Origin: Balanoglossus misakiensis
Taxonomy: Eukaryota; Animalia; Hemichordata
DNA length: 64,000 nucleotides
Assembly: GCA_040954595.2 (NCBI GenBank)
Contig: CM082579.2
Span: 1,687,908-1,751,907 of the forward strand
Reading direction: 5' to 3'
Numbering within the stretch: the first letter of the stretch is position 1; each line of letters begins with the position of its first letter. This document shows, in pieces, positions 1-13,282 of the stretch. The notes beneath the pieces were generated by a model that saw only the letters and a list, made by a program, of their open reading frames with translations, had not been told where the DNA came from and did not search any database. Both the position numbers and the translations under genes were made by a program.

Positions 1-37
1 AATTGACATTCTTTACTTTTCAATTCGTGTTTGGCAG

Positions 38-669
38 GCGTGGTCATGAATGCTGGCGTACTTCTCGGTTGGTCAGCTTTGCACGGTTCTTGCGACTGGA
101 GTGTTGTCTTGCCTCTTCTCGCCTCTGGCACCGGCTGGACGCTGTTGTATGATACAATCTACGCCCACCAGGACAAGAAGGACGACATCAAGATCGGCGT
201 TAAATCAAGTGCATTGAAGCTTGCCGACCATACCAAGCTGGCGTTGAGTGGCTTTGCTGGCGTCATGGTGTCAGGAATGGCTCTTGCTGGCATCGCCAAC
301 GAACAGACCTTGCCTTACTATCTGACCGTGGCTGCAACTGCGGCACACTTGGGAAGACAGGTACGCACAATACAAATGTTGATTGCACCCTCATATTTTT
401 ATAATATATGCGTTTTGTAGCCTCAACGGAGGTCTTTCGAACAAATGATTTCGCCACCAACACTCATTTATATTTTTTTCTTTTATCAGATTTACACTGT
501 CGATTTGGACAACCCAAGAGACTGCTGGAACAAATTTGACTCCAACAAGTATCTAGGATTCCTCATATTCCTTGGAATCGTCGCTGGGACGTACTGCAAA
601 AAGAAGAAGACGGAAGAACGAACACCGGAGGAGAATATCACTGAAACATTTGAAGTGTGCAGCGCCTGA
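38..669 (+). CDS. COQ2: COQ2-like polyprenyltransferase, paralogue A (3' part only; 5' exons lie upstream of the window)
   Basis: Exons 38-360 (cag|GC...CAG|gtacgc) and 490-669 (cag|ATT...TGA). Translation contains WTLLYDTIYAHQDKKDDIKIGVKS (UbiA second Asp-rich motif) and IYTVDLDNPRDCWNKFDSN. AATAAA near 975 and 1097. Confidence 0.93.
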
Positions 670-1405
670 AGACGCTTGAATATCACTGGTGTCCCTGCTC
701 TGTGACTGTGATGGTCATCTCCTGGCAGTGCGGGCGCTGCAGATCGCCTTCCCATGATGCATTTACCGTGAACGATGGACCAGAGTTCTATCGGGCACTT
801 TTCGGGTGAAAACGTATCATAATCATCCATGCACAAGAAAACCAGGTGGACTTGAACTACAGTCAGCGAATATACACTGCATTGTACATATGTATAGTCT
901 CCATATCATGAAAGTGTGCAATTATGACACTGCCAATTGAACCTTTAGAAAGTTCACAGCCTGAACCCAGACAATAATAAAGTGTCACCGCGTGGGTTTA
1001 ATTTCTCGAAATGATGTCAACATATTGTTTGAATATGTGTATAAAATATCAGTAACAAATGATGTATATATGTAAATATTTGCAATAATGGAAGTCAATA
1101 AAGAAATGTGTCAACATTAATTTCTTCCTACATGTCTTCATTTGTGTTCCATTCATGCAACCATCCTTCTTTCAAGTCTGTCAGAGCCCTTATAGACACG
1201 ATCCTCCATAACTAGGTCTACCACTATTAATGACACTGTGTTGCCTATTTTCTCCTGACATATACATTAACTAAACAAATTGGCTTTTTGATAAAGTCGA
1301 CAAACAACGCCAAGAAATGAGGCCAGGTCAGGTTAAGGTAGCAATGGATTTTGCAGAATGTCTGACAACAAATCTGATATTTCTTATCTAACTGATAACC
1401 ACATC

Positions 1406-3584
1406 ATGGCCGTCGTAACATACCGGTCGTTTTCAACCATTTTAAACTGCTCGTGGAATACCACGTGTTTCGGCTTTACGTTGCGAGGTATTGTCGACTT
1501 CCAACAGAGTCTCTGCATCAACCATCCCAGGGCCAACAACTCAAGGTTATTTAGACTTTGCCTGATCAGGTCACGACTTCTTCACGAGATGCCGACTGCG
1601 TCACGACGACAGTTTAAGACGAACGCACCTTCGGGGCAAAAGAAAAATGACGAATCTGGGTCACCGGCACCGACACCATGGAGTCAAAAACTCAGCACTG
1701 CAACATTGGTCAAGGCGGCGCCATCCTCGATGCAACCTTACTTGAAACTTATACGCTTCGACAAACCCATCGGTGAGTCACAGATCATGAAATTCTTGTG
1801 AACCTGAATTTGTGGTCGGGGTTAAAGAGAAACTCCACCAACACTCTGAATATTAAAATTATTCAAGAAGAGTGGGAGTTTCATTAAGTGCTTTCCAACA
1901 AGTGGTCAGATATGGTGACATATTGCATAATTCGATTTGAAGTTGCCATTGACTACGGTTATTTGTTCAACTATGTGAAACTTCCCATGTAGCAATGCGC
2001 CACGGGTGTTCAACTCGCAAAATCGGGTTGTTGTGACCCGAGATTATGGTAGCAATTAGCTGAGATTGCAGTCCATAGAAATGATCCACATGCCAATAAA
2101 CAGAAAATTCAACTTTCTGGACATGATTTACCCAATCATGGCGTTATATTTTACATACAGGTTCTTGGTTATACTTTTGGCCGTTTACATGGGGCCTGGG
2201 CATGGCAGCAACACCGGGCACTCTACCAGACCCGTTTCTCATCGGACTGTTTGGAGTGACGGCTTTGATCATCCGCGGCGCTGGATGCTGCATCAATGAT
2301 ATGTTGGATAGAGAATTCGACAAACACGTAAGGGGGTTGGACAGGGAAATATTAACATATCTTGTTTTCCTTCTTACAATACTGCTTGAAAATTCTCACA
2401 TAACATCCTGACGTGAATTTTCATATCTTCTACTGCATTTTACAAGGTTGAACGTTGTCGTACCCGTCCATTGGCATCGGGCCAACTGAGCATGATGCAA
2501 GCCGGGATTTTCATGAGTGTACTGACGGCCGCCGGTCTCGCAATATTGTACAGTCGAAACTATTACACGTATGTATGATCAGTTTTTACATTAAAATTCG
2601 CTCGCACTGATATCACTAGATGAAAGCATTTTTTGATAAAACGGGCCCAATGATTATTCTGATCTGGGTGTACTTTCCAACGTCTTATATCACAGTTTAG
2701 GAATTGGTATCATCCATCTTATCACTGTCGGAACGTATCCGTTGATGAAAAGGGTGACGGATTGGCCACAACTGTATCTAGGTAATAATTTGCATTATTT
2801 ATCGCAAAACATGTAAGAAAACAATATTTTTTCTTTGTTAAACACTTTTGGAGCTGAATTTCATGATCAGTTTCCGTTTTGTTTGATAGGCGTGGTGATG
2901 AGTGCCGGAATTTTGCTTGCTTGGTCCAGTTTGCACGGGTCATGTGACTGGAGCGTGGTGACACCTCTTTTCATTAGTGGAATGGCTTGGACGTTGTTGT
3001 ACGACACAATCTATGCTCACCAGGTAAGGGGGTACACGTCAGGTATCTTTGGGTGAATCAATCAATCAATCAATCAATGGAAACCAGCAAATTCACCACT
3101 TGGCCGTCTGGATATTAATATTTCAGGATAAGAAGGACGACATTAAGATCGGCGTGAAGTCGACTGCTTTGGCTCTTGCCGAACACACCAAGACTGCATT
3201 ATGCGGTTTTGCTGGTGTCATGTTGACGGGAATGACATTGGCTGGCTTTGCAAATGAGCAGTCGTTACCCTTCTATGCAATTTCCGTCGGAGGAGCTGCC
3301 TTGCATTTGGCTTGGCAGGTAAGTACAACTAAAACAAATAAAGTGTGGGTTTTCACAAGTTGTTATGGATAAATTAATTCGACAGAAAACACGTAGCGGC
3401 GGATTTCATTGCGATATGGGTACATACTAGTAGTGATTACATAATATTAACACTTTTTTCATTCCGTCAGATCTACACGGCGGATTTAGATAACCCCAAA
3501 GACTGCTGGAACAAATTCGACGGCAACAAACATTTGGGAATGTTGATATTCCTCGGTATCGCGGCTGGGACTTACTTCAAATAA
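1406..3584 (+). CDS. COQ2: COQ2-like polyprenyltransferase, paralogue B (complete, 7 coding exons)
   Basis: Exons 1406(or 1358)-1772, 2161-2327, 2447-2568, 2696-2781, 2890-3023, 3127-3318, 3471-3584; all GT-AG and in frame. Motifs: PYLKLIRFDKPIG, RGAGCCINDMLDREFDKHVER..RPLASG, YPLMKRVTDWPQ, YDTIYAHQDKKDD. Arg/Ser-rich N-terminus resembles a mitochondrial transit peptide. Confidence 0.93.
3056..3078. repeat. (AATC)n microsatellite in COQ2-B intron 5
   Basis: aatcaatcaatcaatcaatcaat. Confidence 0.8.
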
Positions 3585-6500
3585 TATACGGAGAAGGTGA
3601 AAATACTTGACGATCATTTTTGATGGACGCGCATGTCCATACTCAGAAATCAACGATGCTACCATCACTATCTAGCCTGAAAAACAAAAAGTAGGTTGAT
3701 TTCAACTTATGGTGGCGCTTTCCTTCAACGTTCATCATTCGATCGAGCTTGACAATATGTTCGAACAATATTTCAATATTTTCATGACATTCATTATCAC
3801 TCTTACGATTTTATGCATCTAGTCCTACATGCTTTAAACTGGATATGCTTTCATTCACCTGTGTACTGCCCTCTATCAAGGGACAACCCAAAAACGTGAC
3901 AAAAAGTACCAGGCCTGACAATTTCTACTCTTGCAGGCAAGGGACATTAAAGAATTATGCTGTAGAATATTTGTCTTTATTTTGAACTTTCTGTTAATTT
4001 CTTTATAAATATAATTCATACCAGTCAGTAGCATCACTATGAAACAAAAACAATGATTTGCTAATAAAAATGAATAAATGAAATGATAAAAAACAGTATG
4101 ACTGAAGCTCCTGTACATTCTCTGCACATTGTGTGAACAAATAAATAAATTTCACCCCCTTCCCACAAATGGAATGCTCCAGTACCACTGAACTAACAGA
4201 AATACTATAATGTATGGTTTAGAGGAGAGTTTATATTGGCCTGTGCAGTTAGTTAATGGAAGGTATAAAATACCACTGGTTTACATGAATTCTCAACTGG
4301 CCTAAGACATTATGAAATGTTTTGATATTTTGATAGCACCTATGATAAAAAGCCAGGCAAGTTGTTGATTTTCATCAAAAATGAAGATTCTATGTTTTCT
4401 TTATATGTTTGGCCACAATTAGGTAGATTATCACCTGTAAGAGCATTGTGGTCCACTTCCAGTTATGAAGTTAATATATTAAAATATGAATCAGCCTAAT
4501 GAAAAAAGACAAAAAAAAGGTACAGAAGACAAAAAAATATGTACTCTGTTTCTGTTGTTTAGGATAGATGAAACATTAAATAATGAAAATATATTGTCAA
4601 TAATTGGCTAATACTGAACCTACCCATTGTCTGGGGCAGCATCTACTAACTCATTTAGATGTTACAAAAAATCAAAATGGCTGTATTTCCTAAACTCTGT
4701 TATCACATCTGATGCCCTAAAATTTTGTCCATGATTCTTACATAAAATATAAAATTCCCATACAGTCACTATAGTGGTTTGTTTTTGGGTGCATGAATTA
4801 TCTACAATATTCACACTGCACACACACGTGCAAGGAATTTTTTTCAAAATCTCCATGAAATGGCTGATAAAGTAGCAAAGAGTTTTAGTAGAGGAAGTCC
4901 TGACTGATTGACTGGTGACATCTTCTATTTAAACATTTTCAGACTATCACATTAAGAATTGGAAAGCATAATGATACGTAAGGAGACTTCTTGATTAGAA
5001 GATTTCAGTTTGAAAGCATTTCTGATATGACAAGGTTCACATAATATTTGTAGAAGTTTTGTAAAGTGAAATGTGTTAGGTCAAACTATGATCACTCCTG
5101 ACCAGGTTCAAAATATTTCTCTGTTTCCACAGAAATCTCTCTCTGCTTTTCCCATTCTGGCAGCTAAGCAATATTTAGTGTAGATCATGATATGATGGAG
5201 TTAGTAATACAAAACGACTTCCATTATTAAACATGTGCTCAAGATGACATAGTAAGGTGATCCCCTAAGCATAAAGTCTGAGAAGAGAGCTGGTCCTGCA
5301 GATCAGTCTGTAATGTCTGCCATAAGTATACCATTATCATCTACAGGGTTGTAAATGTTATTGTACCCGAAAAGTGAAAAAATTCCTTGATTATCATTTC
5401 TGGAGTAAGTTGAAAGAGTCTATTATCATGAATGCATGCCTACTTTCATAGACATTGTAAAACAGAATTAGGACTTGCACTTTTCAATTGCGAACCAAAC
5501 TTCTTCAACTCCTAGTGAAAACAAAACAAATTATAAGAATGGATCAGTCCCTCACTCACTGATCTGTCTTCCAAATGCATTGTTTTCACTGATGCATTTC
5601 TTCTGATATACAATTAAAATCGGCAATTTCATGATTTAATACAGAAGAATCTTAATCTTTTAAAATTTTGAATAAAAATAATGATTGCTAGGCAGTGTTT
5701 CAGCACACTTTAAAATTGACATAATCATTCTGATATTTTGATTAGTGAAAAGCATTAATACCTACAGTATATCTTTTTCAAAAAGCACTTTGGTTTGCGT
5801 TTCTTTCACTACACCAGCTGAGCTAGTGAGTGTGAATATCTTGCTGTCACGTGCAGTACAATGAAATAAAATGCCCATCAAGTTCTCTCCAGTGGAATTC
5901 GTCCCGAAATTGTAACTGCAGGTTTGCTGGCTGGTACAGCGCCCTCTAGAGTTGCACAAATTAAAGCCAAGAGCCATATACTTTTCTACACACTACAATT
6001 ATGCCTTTAAATGAAATGTGCTGCTTCTATATGCAGCTAGATAAACATGAATAGTGGATTTTTAGAGTCACAAGTCTGATTTGGGTGAAGAAGCCATCCA
6101 TTCTTGTTTCTCTTCAGATCCCCCCATAAATAAAGCTTCAGTATTTTCCCCTTTAAAGCACATTTTGTAGATATGGCAAATTGTCAAACTTCTCAAGGCA
6201 TAGAGTGGTAAATTGAATCAAACACACGGATTAAAAAACGTGACACTAACGCTATACTTTCAACCGATTAGACGTGACATACAGCATCCATTAACGCATG
6301 ATATGAAATATCAATATCAACATAGAATGGTTATAAAAATTGCCACTATAAGGTTTTTAGCTTTCATTATAATAATTACTTATTTACGCATTTGTTTAGC
6401 TCTAAACAAAAGTTAAGGGTCGGTAGGGTAAAAATTAGGGTAGGTCTGGTTAACGGAACTGAACAATTACTTGGGTTGGGGGTGGGGCTAAGACCTACCC

Positions 6501-6842
6501 AGGGGTACCAAATTTCAAAGCAATATGAACAATACCTCTTGCATTTTAAAAATGTTTATGTGTGCATACATTACACATACACAGACACACACACACACAC
6601 AAAGACAGACCTTTCCAAGCTATACAAACAGCTTCTATTGCCATGTGCAATGAATGGCAAATGGAAGCTGAAAACCTCTGAGTATTAAAATCCGACGTAC
6701 CGAAGCCAATATTGGTCAACACAGAAGACAACATGAAATCACCAGAGAGCATTTTCATTCCATCAATTGTAGATCATGATTGATGAAGCCCTAAAAACCA
6801 AGTATTTTTAACTACTGTATACAACATTAATTAATGTTGGCA

Positions 6843-9800
6843 TCAGAATTTCTCCACAAAACTTCCCGGAAAGAGTCCAGTTCGTCCAGTCCGTTGCAGA
6901 GTCCCCTGATACCAACCATCATCTCTTTTCTTATGTACAAAGACAGTGTCACCAACTTTCAACTCTAGCTCGGCATCACTGTGAGGTGGGTATGGGGCTA
7001 TCACACGATATCTGTAAACAAGACACAAATGTTCTGGGTATTAACACATGAAGCAAGCTGTTGCTTTTCATTTTCACAAACTGAATCACTGATTTTGACT
7101 GAGTGACAACGATTTCAGTTCAAAAGACTCGGTAGATAGATGTGGAAATAGCGTTGACTCAGATATAAGGAGTAATGGTTGTATGTGTGTGCAGTGGATC
7201 ATGTTGTGACTGCATCTGAATGGTATTCGGGCAAAGTTTCCCCAATTCCTCTATGCCAATATTTCCGTAGCATTAGCAGCCATGAATCTCTCACAATTGT
7301 TTGGGTATGTGGAATGCTTGCTGAATGCCCACTCTGTGGCAACTCACCTCTCTCTTACAAATGGCACAGTTGTCGGTGGCTTTGTTGAGTTTCTACTACT
7401 ACTGCTACTACTGGCCGAAGCACCACCAGTTTCATCCAAAGACTCTGATTTCCGATGCTGAGTTATTGCTGAAGGTTGTGTAGGTGACTGCTCTGGCAAG
7501 GAGTCGGACCTGCTGTGGGTCGCACCCAGGCTGTCACCTGCACCACTGACACCCCCTAGGGGAGGTGGCTTTGATGTCTTCATTAATTTCTTTAAAAATC
7601 CACTCGATTTGTCTTTATCTTTCTTCTACATTGAAAATAAAACAGAAATGTGTTCACAACAGAATCTAGCCTCTTCTTACATCACCGGCCACTACTCTGA
7701 TCCCACAGGATGTAAGTTTGAATATTTTTTGTCGATATGTGACACAGAATGGAAAATCCAAGATGGCCGACAAACTCTGTTCTTTATGGCAGAGCTAAGA
7801 AAAGGCAGACAAGAAACCAGATGCTTTCTCACCTTCATGTAAGAAGCAGTTGCAGAGGGAGGTAGAGTTGTAGGAACTTCAGTGGCGCTTTTATTCGGCG
7901 GTGGAATACTTGATCCGGACACTGAATTGTGGAGATTGTGCGATGCCTGCAGAGTTAACGCTCTTGAAGGAGTTGTTGATTTGACGGAGGTAGTTGGCAC
8001 CAACGAAGACTCGCTTTTTCTTTTTGTTGGAGGTGGTGGTGCGATTCGGACTGGAAACCGACTTCCATGGCTCCCTGATCGATGTGATCTTGGCGAGCTG
8101 CGTCTGGCTGCAGCGTCGCTACTGCCACCCGCACCGTGACTGCTGATTGTGACCAGACTTTCTTTATTGCCACTGCCTGCCAACACAATCTGACTCTGTT
8201 CTGGCCTACAACAAAAACCCACCAAACCTTTGAAAATTACGTTTTTATATAAAATATTATTTTGAAATGGAATTGGGATGTAGATCTGTAAGATACAGTT
8301 GTTTATCTTTAAGTTACTAAATACAGAACTACTCCAAACTCACTTGTACACTTGAACATAATTTCCAGGAAACACTCCTTTTGAACCATCTTGTAAGGAG
8401 ACACCTTTATACCATCCATCTTGACATTTGTCTATTACATTGTAAAGTTCACCCTTTTTCAACTCCAGCTCATCAGACTTCTGAGGTTTGTATGGATACA
8501 TAGCACGATATCTGCAGCAAAAAGAATGTATGATGATTAAATAAATATATATCACTACAGTGACATCTTCTCATGTACAGAATTCCATGTACTCTTTCCT
8601 TCCAACGATTGCACTTGTACTTACACAGACTGAAGTGACTTGGGTGTTTCGTCTTTAGCTGCCGCTTGTTCTGTTCTGTGTGGATGTACTGGGACTGGAA
8701 CTAACACATCCATGCCTCCTTTCTGTGTGCAAAGGTAAATTCGAATTTATTAACATTGAAGCATTAAAAGGACAGGGCCCTCTATTGTACAAGTCGTCTG
8801 TGATTTAACAACACCACTAAAATGTCTGCTGGCAACAGACATCACCAAGCTTCCATACCTGTTGGTTACTTGGTCTATGATTTGCATGACTGCTATTGCT
8901 TGCTGCGTTGGATGCTCCTGATGACGGTGCAGACGGCGACGATGACGGCTGACGCTGCGATTCCAACAACGTCGTCGCAGTTGTATTGCTTGTGCTGATT
9001 AATACAGGAGCACCGATGTCCATTCCGGACGACTGTCTTGTGGACTCCTTGCTGCCACTACTGCTACTGCCAGCCTTACTGGTGCTTGGCACTGGAAAGA
9101 GTGTAAAGGAATTCCTCTTGGCTGCTGGTTTGTTCCTTGAAAGAAGAAGAGAGAGTTGGATAAGTGACACACATTGAGATCATCATAATACCCAGGCAAG
9201 AGTTGGCAACAGTGAAGCTCCTGCAGTCTATAACAACAACAACAACACAACAACAACAGAAATAATTATTTATTTACCTATTCTGATCATCTTGACTTGG
9301 AGTGTTAGATGTATTTGTCGTGGTCACTGTTGTTGAACTGGCAGTGGCAGTGGTGGTTGGTGCTTGGTGAAATGATGACACAGCGTTGATGTTAATTTGG
9401 CCCAGCAAATTGCACCCAGCGTCATTCAGCTGTAACACAACAAGTATTTCATAATTGAAATGCTTCCTGTAATAAGTGTCAGCATGACATTAATCAACTT
9501 GTCTGAAAGTATGAATCACTTTAATTTTCACAAAAATGTCTTACATGTTACTGACATAAGTAGAAGATGGCTTGGTCACAGACTGATGAAAATACGTTCA
9601 TTTGACCTAAATTCCGCAGAGAAGACCTTGAGAGTTCAGAGTTTTAATCTGTCATATTTGCATCCTCTGATCTATTCATAATTCACAGTTGATATCTTTA
9701 TGATGACATTCCTGAACCTGATGAGTATGGAGTATCAAATTATCAATGAACATCCATCCACAACTATTTTGTACTTGTGGACGGTATGTTTAACCAGGAG

Positions 9801-12800
9801 ATGTATAGGTATTCTAAACAATACCGGTTTCTTACCTCAACGTATGATAATGGAAATATTCCGATTTTATCTCCTCGCTGCCCTTCAGCCCAATTGTCAT
9901 CCACTTTTTTAATAACTGTGAAGACATCCCCCTGAAAACAAATAAAAAAATTAGTTCAAACATGTCTACAAAACCACCAAATATAACAGAATGTGAAAGC
10001 CAGCATGAAATACTAACCTTGGAAAAAGTGAGACAATCTTTTCCATCTTGGTCCCTGAGGTCAAAATCATACAATGCTCTGCACTGAGGTGGTTCCGTAG
10101 GGATTGGAATTAACACATGGATGTAATTGGAAGGCAGAAACCCAATCAGTCCATTTGTCTCCCCTTGGTACCAGTTCTCATCGATCTTCTTAAGTAAATG
10201 GATTAAGTCGTCCTTTTTGAATGTCAAATCCCTGGAAAGAGAGGGGCAAACAAAATGGTAATTTTTAAGGAACGGGGTAGAAAAAGTAAATTCCTCAGTA
10301 CTATACTGCTGAGGGAGGGGGGGGGGGTGGGGTGCACTCTATCACTCAAGGGTGAACCATGATTTGAATGTCCCAGTCCAAGAAATCGCAAGTACGGGAC
10401 TGGTTGGCAACCAGTAATATTCAGCACACAGACTACTGTAAGTAAGTATATAGCCACATAAACTGGCTCCATAAACACAGACATGAAAGACGAAACTATG
10501 GCACCTACAGGCCTAGTCAAGAATCTTGCCAGGGCATTCAGGCTTAGACGCGAGATTCTAGACTACTACAGGACACGCTTTGTTTACATTGGACTGAGCC
10601 AACTATGTCATTGCTACATGACCGTTACAGTACTTGGGTTTTTGTGCCAATGTCAATATTCATTGTGTGTACAAGCTCCACTCCCACTGTACATAACTTT
10701 TGTTTTTTCCTGTAATTTTGTTGCATGTAACAACTAGAATATCCAGTATTTATCAACACAACTCTGGTGTATACAGTTTCAAAACATTATTTGCAAAAGA
10801 ACACTTGATGCGTAATTGAATGATCAGTAGTGTCTTACTCTGGTCTATTTCTCAGAGTAATGAATCTATTTTTCACATTGCGAGTGTGATTATCAGCTAT
10901 TCCCAGGGTATACAGAAGTAAACAGAGTCATTATGCTCCTTTTCTCTCTCACCAAGTGCGAACTGTTCTCATCAGTCATCACGGTCGGTGGCTATACCTA
11001 AATGTGTTTACTTAAACCAGTGAAATATGAAGATATCATAACACGACTGTTTACCCCTGGAACTAACACAGTTGGCACCAGTTTCAATGGCGGGCACCAC
11101 GGTTGACAAGCACGTCTATTCGAGACGGCATGTCTATCGCTCAATTGACTTGTCCTGTAGGCCCTACACTTTTTACTGTTACATACTGTTTATATCATTT
11201 GATACATGATACCAAAGGCAAGCATAAATCTGGTCCGCTGTGTGGCACCAGCAAAGGGGCGGGGCAACGACGATGTGATTTGGCCTGACCCCATACAGAA
11301 GTGGTTACATGTAGGTGGTTTGGAGATCTCCCCAGGGCATACTGGAAGTCTCAAATTTCATCTATTCTAAGAAAAAAAATATCTGAGACCACTGGTTGCG
11401 GCCTCAGAAAGGTCAATTTTACTCTGTGGATGGGGTCCAATTTAAAACAATTATACAAAATTCAGAGAATGCGCTTGTGGTTTTATGCTACCCCAGGCAA
11501 ATTGATAAAAAGGGTTCTAACTACATGTACATGTACATTTGTATGTTCCACACAGTGTAATCCAAAATCTCGATTGCCAATTTGGATTCTACAAGTATGC
11601 AAGTTTTTAATTTTCAGACATCATTAGTCACAATTGTTGTACTAATGAAATATTAATGCAATTTTACAACAGTTCTGACATGCTGAAGTGATGTGTGGTA
11701 CACAGTTCATTACTCTGCCTGCAGACTGCAGCATGATATGGTAACCTGATCATCCCACCCACTAATGACTGTCATCCTCATTCTGCATAAAACTATAATG
11801 AATCTCCACTCAGTTTCAATTGTGTAGTTTCACTTAAACAATTGAGAGTAATCACTTTCAAGGCGCACAAGAGCATGGCTTGTGTTTGTGGGGGAATTTC
11901 CAAATTGACCTCAATGTGAAAACATCTGATCTTGTCAAATGGATGAAATATTTAATTGCGTGAATATGGATGACTGATGACTGACCATAAAATATCTTGG
12001 AGGCCAAATCTGTAATCGGAACTGGGTGGCCACACAAACAAAACGTGCCACAGGACCACATAGAGCAATAGAGATACTACAAACTCACGTCTTGTTAGAC
12101 TCTCTCACAGCCCTCTGTTCGCTACAATAAGGCTCTTCAACCGTTTTGCAAGGGAGAAGCACCGTTTGGTGTTGTTAATGCACACATGCAATCAGTCCAT
12201 AAGCCTGCATGGACGACGAGAGGGGCTGCGAGAGAGTCTAACGTCTTGTGTGCTGCTCCAGTTCTTTTTGGGTTCAGAGAACCCTGCAACACTTCAACTG
12301 ACAGTGTGTCTTGTCTTATTCTAGAGTATGCTTGTGTACATATTCGTGTTTTTCAACCAGCCTGATGAAAGAGACTAAAATGACACCTCTCTTACCCTGC
12401 TTCCTTTCCTTCAAAACTGAACAATGCTTTGGCACAAGGCTTAGTGGTTCCCTCCTGCTGGAAAAAAAGGAACAGGAATTACTGTTTAATTGACCATTGT
12501 GTGTAATAAAATATGAGTGTAGTTAGCTGTAGCTAGATTGTAGCGGGTGCTGCTACATGTAGGTTGACTGGTGTGTTCGCAGCCCTACCCAGTCAACCCA
12601 GCAGCACCCGCTACAATCATTGCAGCTAGAGTGTAGTTACCTAATTTTAACATTTGCCTCCAACATAATTGTTCTTCTTCAGTATTCTTGATCTAATCTA
12701 TGCATCACTGGTTCTGGTTCTACTCCCTGTAATATGCTTAATTGCAGCTAAATGGGCTCCAACAATAAGAGCCCAGGACGGAGTGACACAAGTATCTTTA

Positions 12801-13282
12801 ATGTTGTTTACATAATGTCGATTTCCACACTTTCAATTTTCAAAGCACCCTTCCGGGTTCTACTCCATGGGCGAGTTTTCACCACACCCTTATGTTCTCC
12901 GTCTCCAAGTGAGAACATCATTCTTGAAAACAAGCCCCGGCTCAAAAACATACCATACCTGTTTAATGTGTCGAGCACTGGCGTTCGAAGCAGCAGCCTG
13001 GTAGTGTTTGCTCGAATGTTTACTTTTGGCCGTTGACTTACCGGCCGGTTGCCTAATCCCACCCAAAAGTCTCACTAAAAGAATATTCGTTGGCAGTTCA
13101 TCAACTGAACACTGAACTAGGACACGACATTCTGGGCATCGAAGCTCTCCCCGAGAATTATAAATTTCCTCGAGACAGCGCTTGCAAAATGTGTGCTGAC
13201 AGGGCAGCACTTTGCTGCTCTCGTCCAATCTATCCAGGCAAACGGAGCATTCCAATAGGTCGTTCAGGCTCTGCTCATCCAT
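6843..13282 (-). CDS. SH3RF1: E3 ubiquitin ligase SH3RF/POSH (RING + 4 SH3), ~736 aa, 11 exons
   Basis: Exons 13282-12959, 12457-12396, 10231-10018, 9931-9836, 9429-9278, 9135-8859, 8722-8625, 8511-8344, 8205-7833, 7625-7348, 7011-6843; phases are consistent and total 2211 nt. N-terminus [37 protein letters not shown]...CPECR is the POSH RING. SH3 domains include [45 protein letters not shown] and [28 protein letters not shown]. Best treated as a pro-orthologue of SH3RF1/2/3. Confidence 0.95.
12096..12240. mobile_element. Non-autonomous TIR element (MITE), 145 bp, with 9-bp TSD, in SH3RF intron 2
   Basis: TIRs TAGACTCTCTCACAGCCC / GGGCTGCGAGAGAGTCTA, flanked by a perfect 9-bp duplication ACGTCTTGT (12087-12095 and 12241-12249). 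A second copy lies near 41605-41725. Confidence 0.85.
12524..12628. mobile_element. Palindromic MITE-like element, 105 bp, with 9-bp TSD, in SH3RF intron 1
   Basis: Arms GATTGTAGCGGGTGCTGCT..GGTTGACTGG / CCAGTCAACCCAGCAGCACCCGCTACAATC; termini TAGCTG...CAGCTA; flanking GAGTGTAGT at 12515-12523 and 12629-12637. Confidence 0.78.

Noticed and set aside
2890-3023. Mutually exclusive duplicate (rhodoquinone-type) exon within COQ2-B
   Set aside because: The flanking introns are only ~105 nt and cannot hold a second 134-nt exon, and the rhodoquinone-type Ser (YSHQ) is absent.
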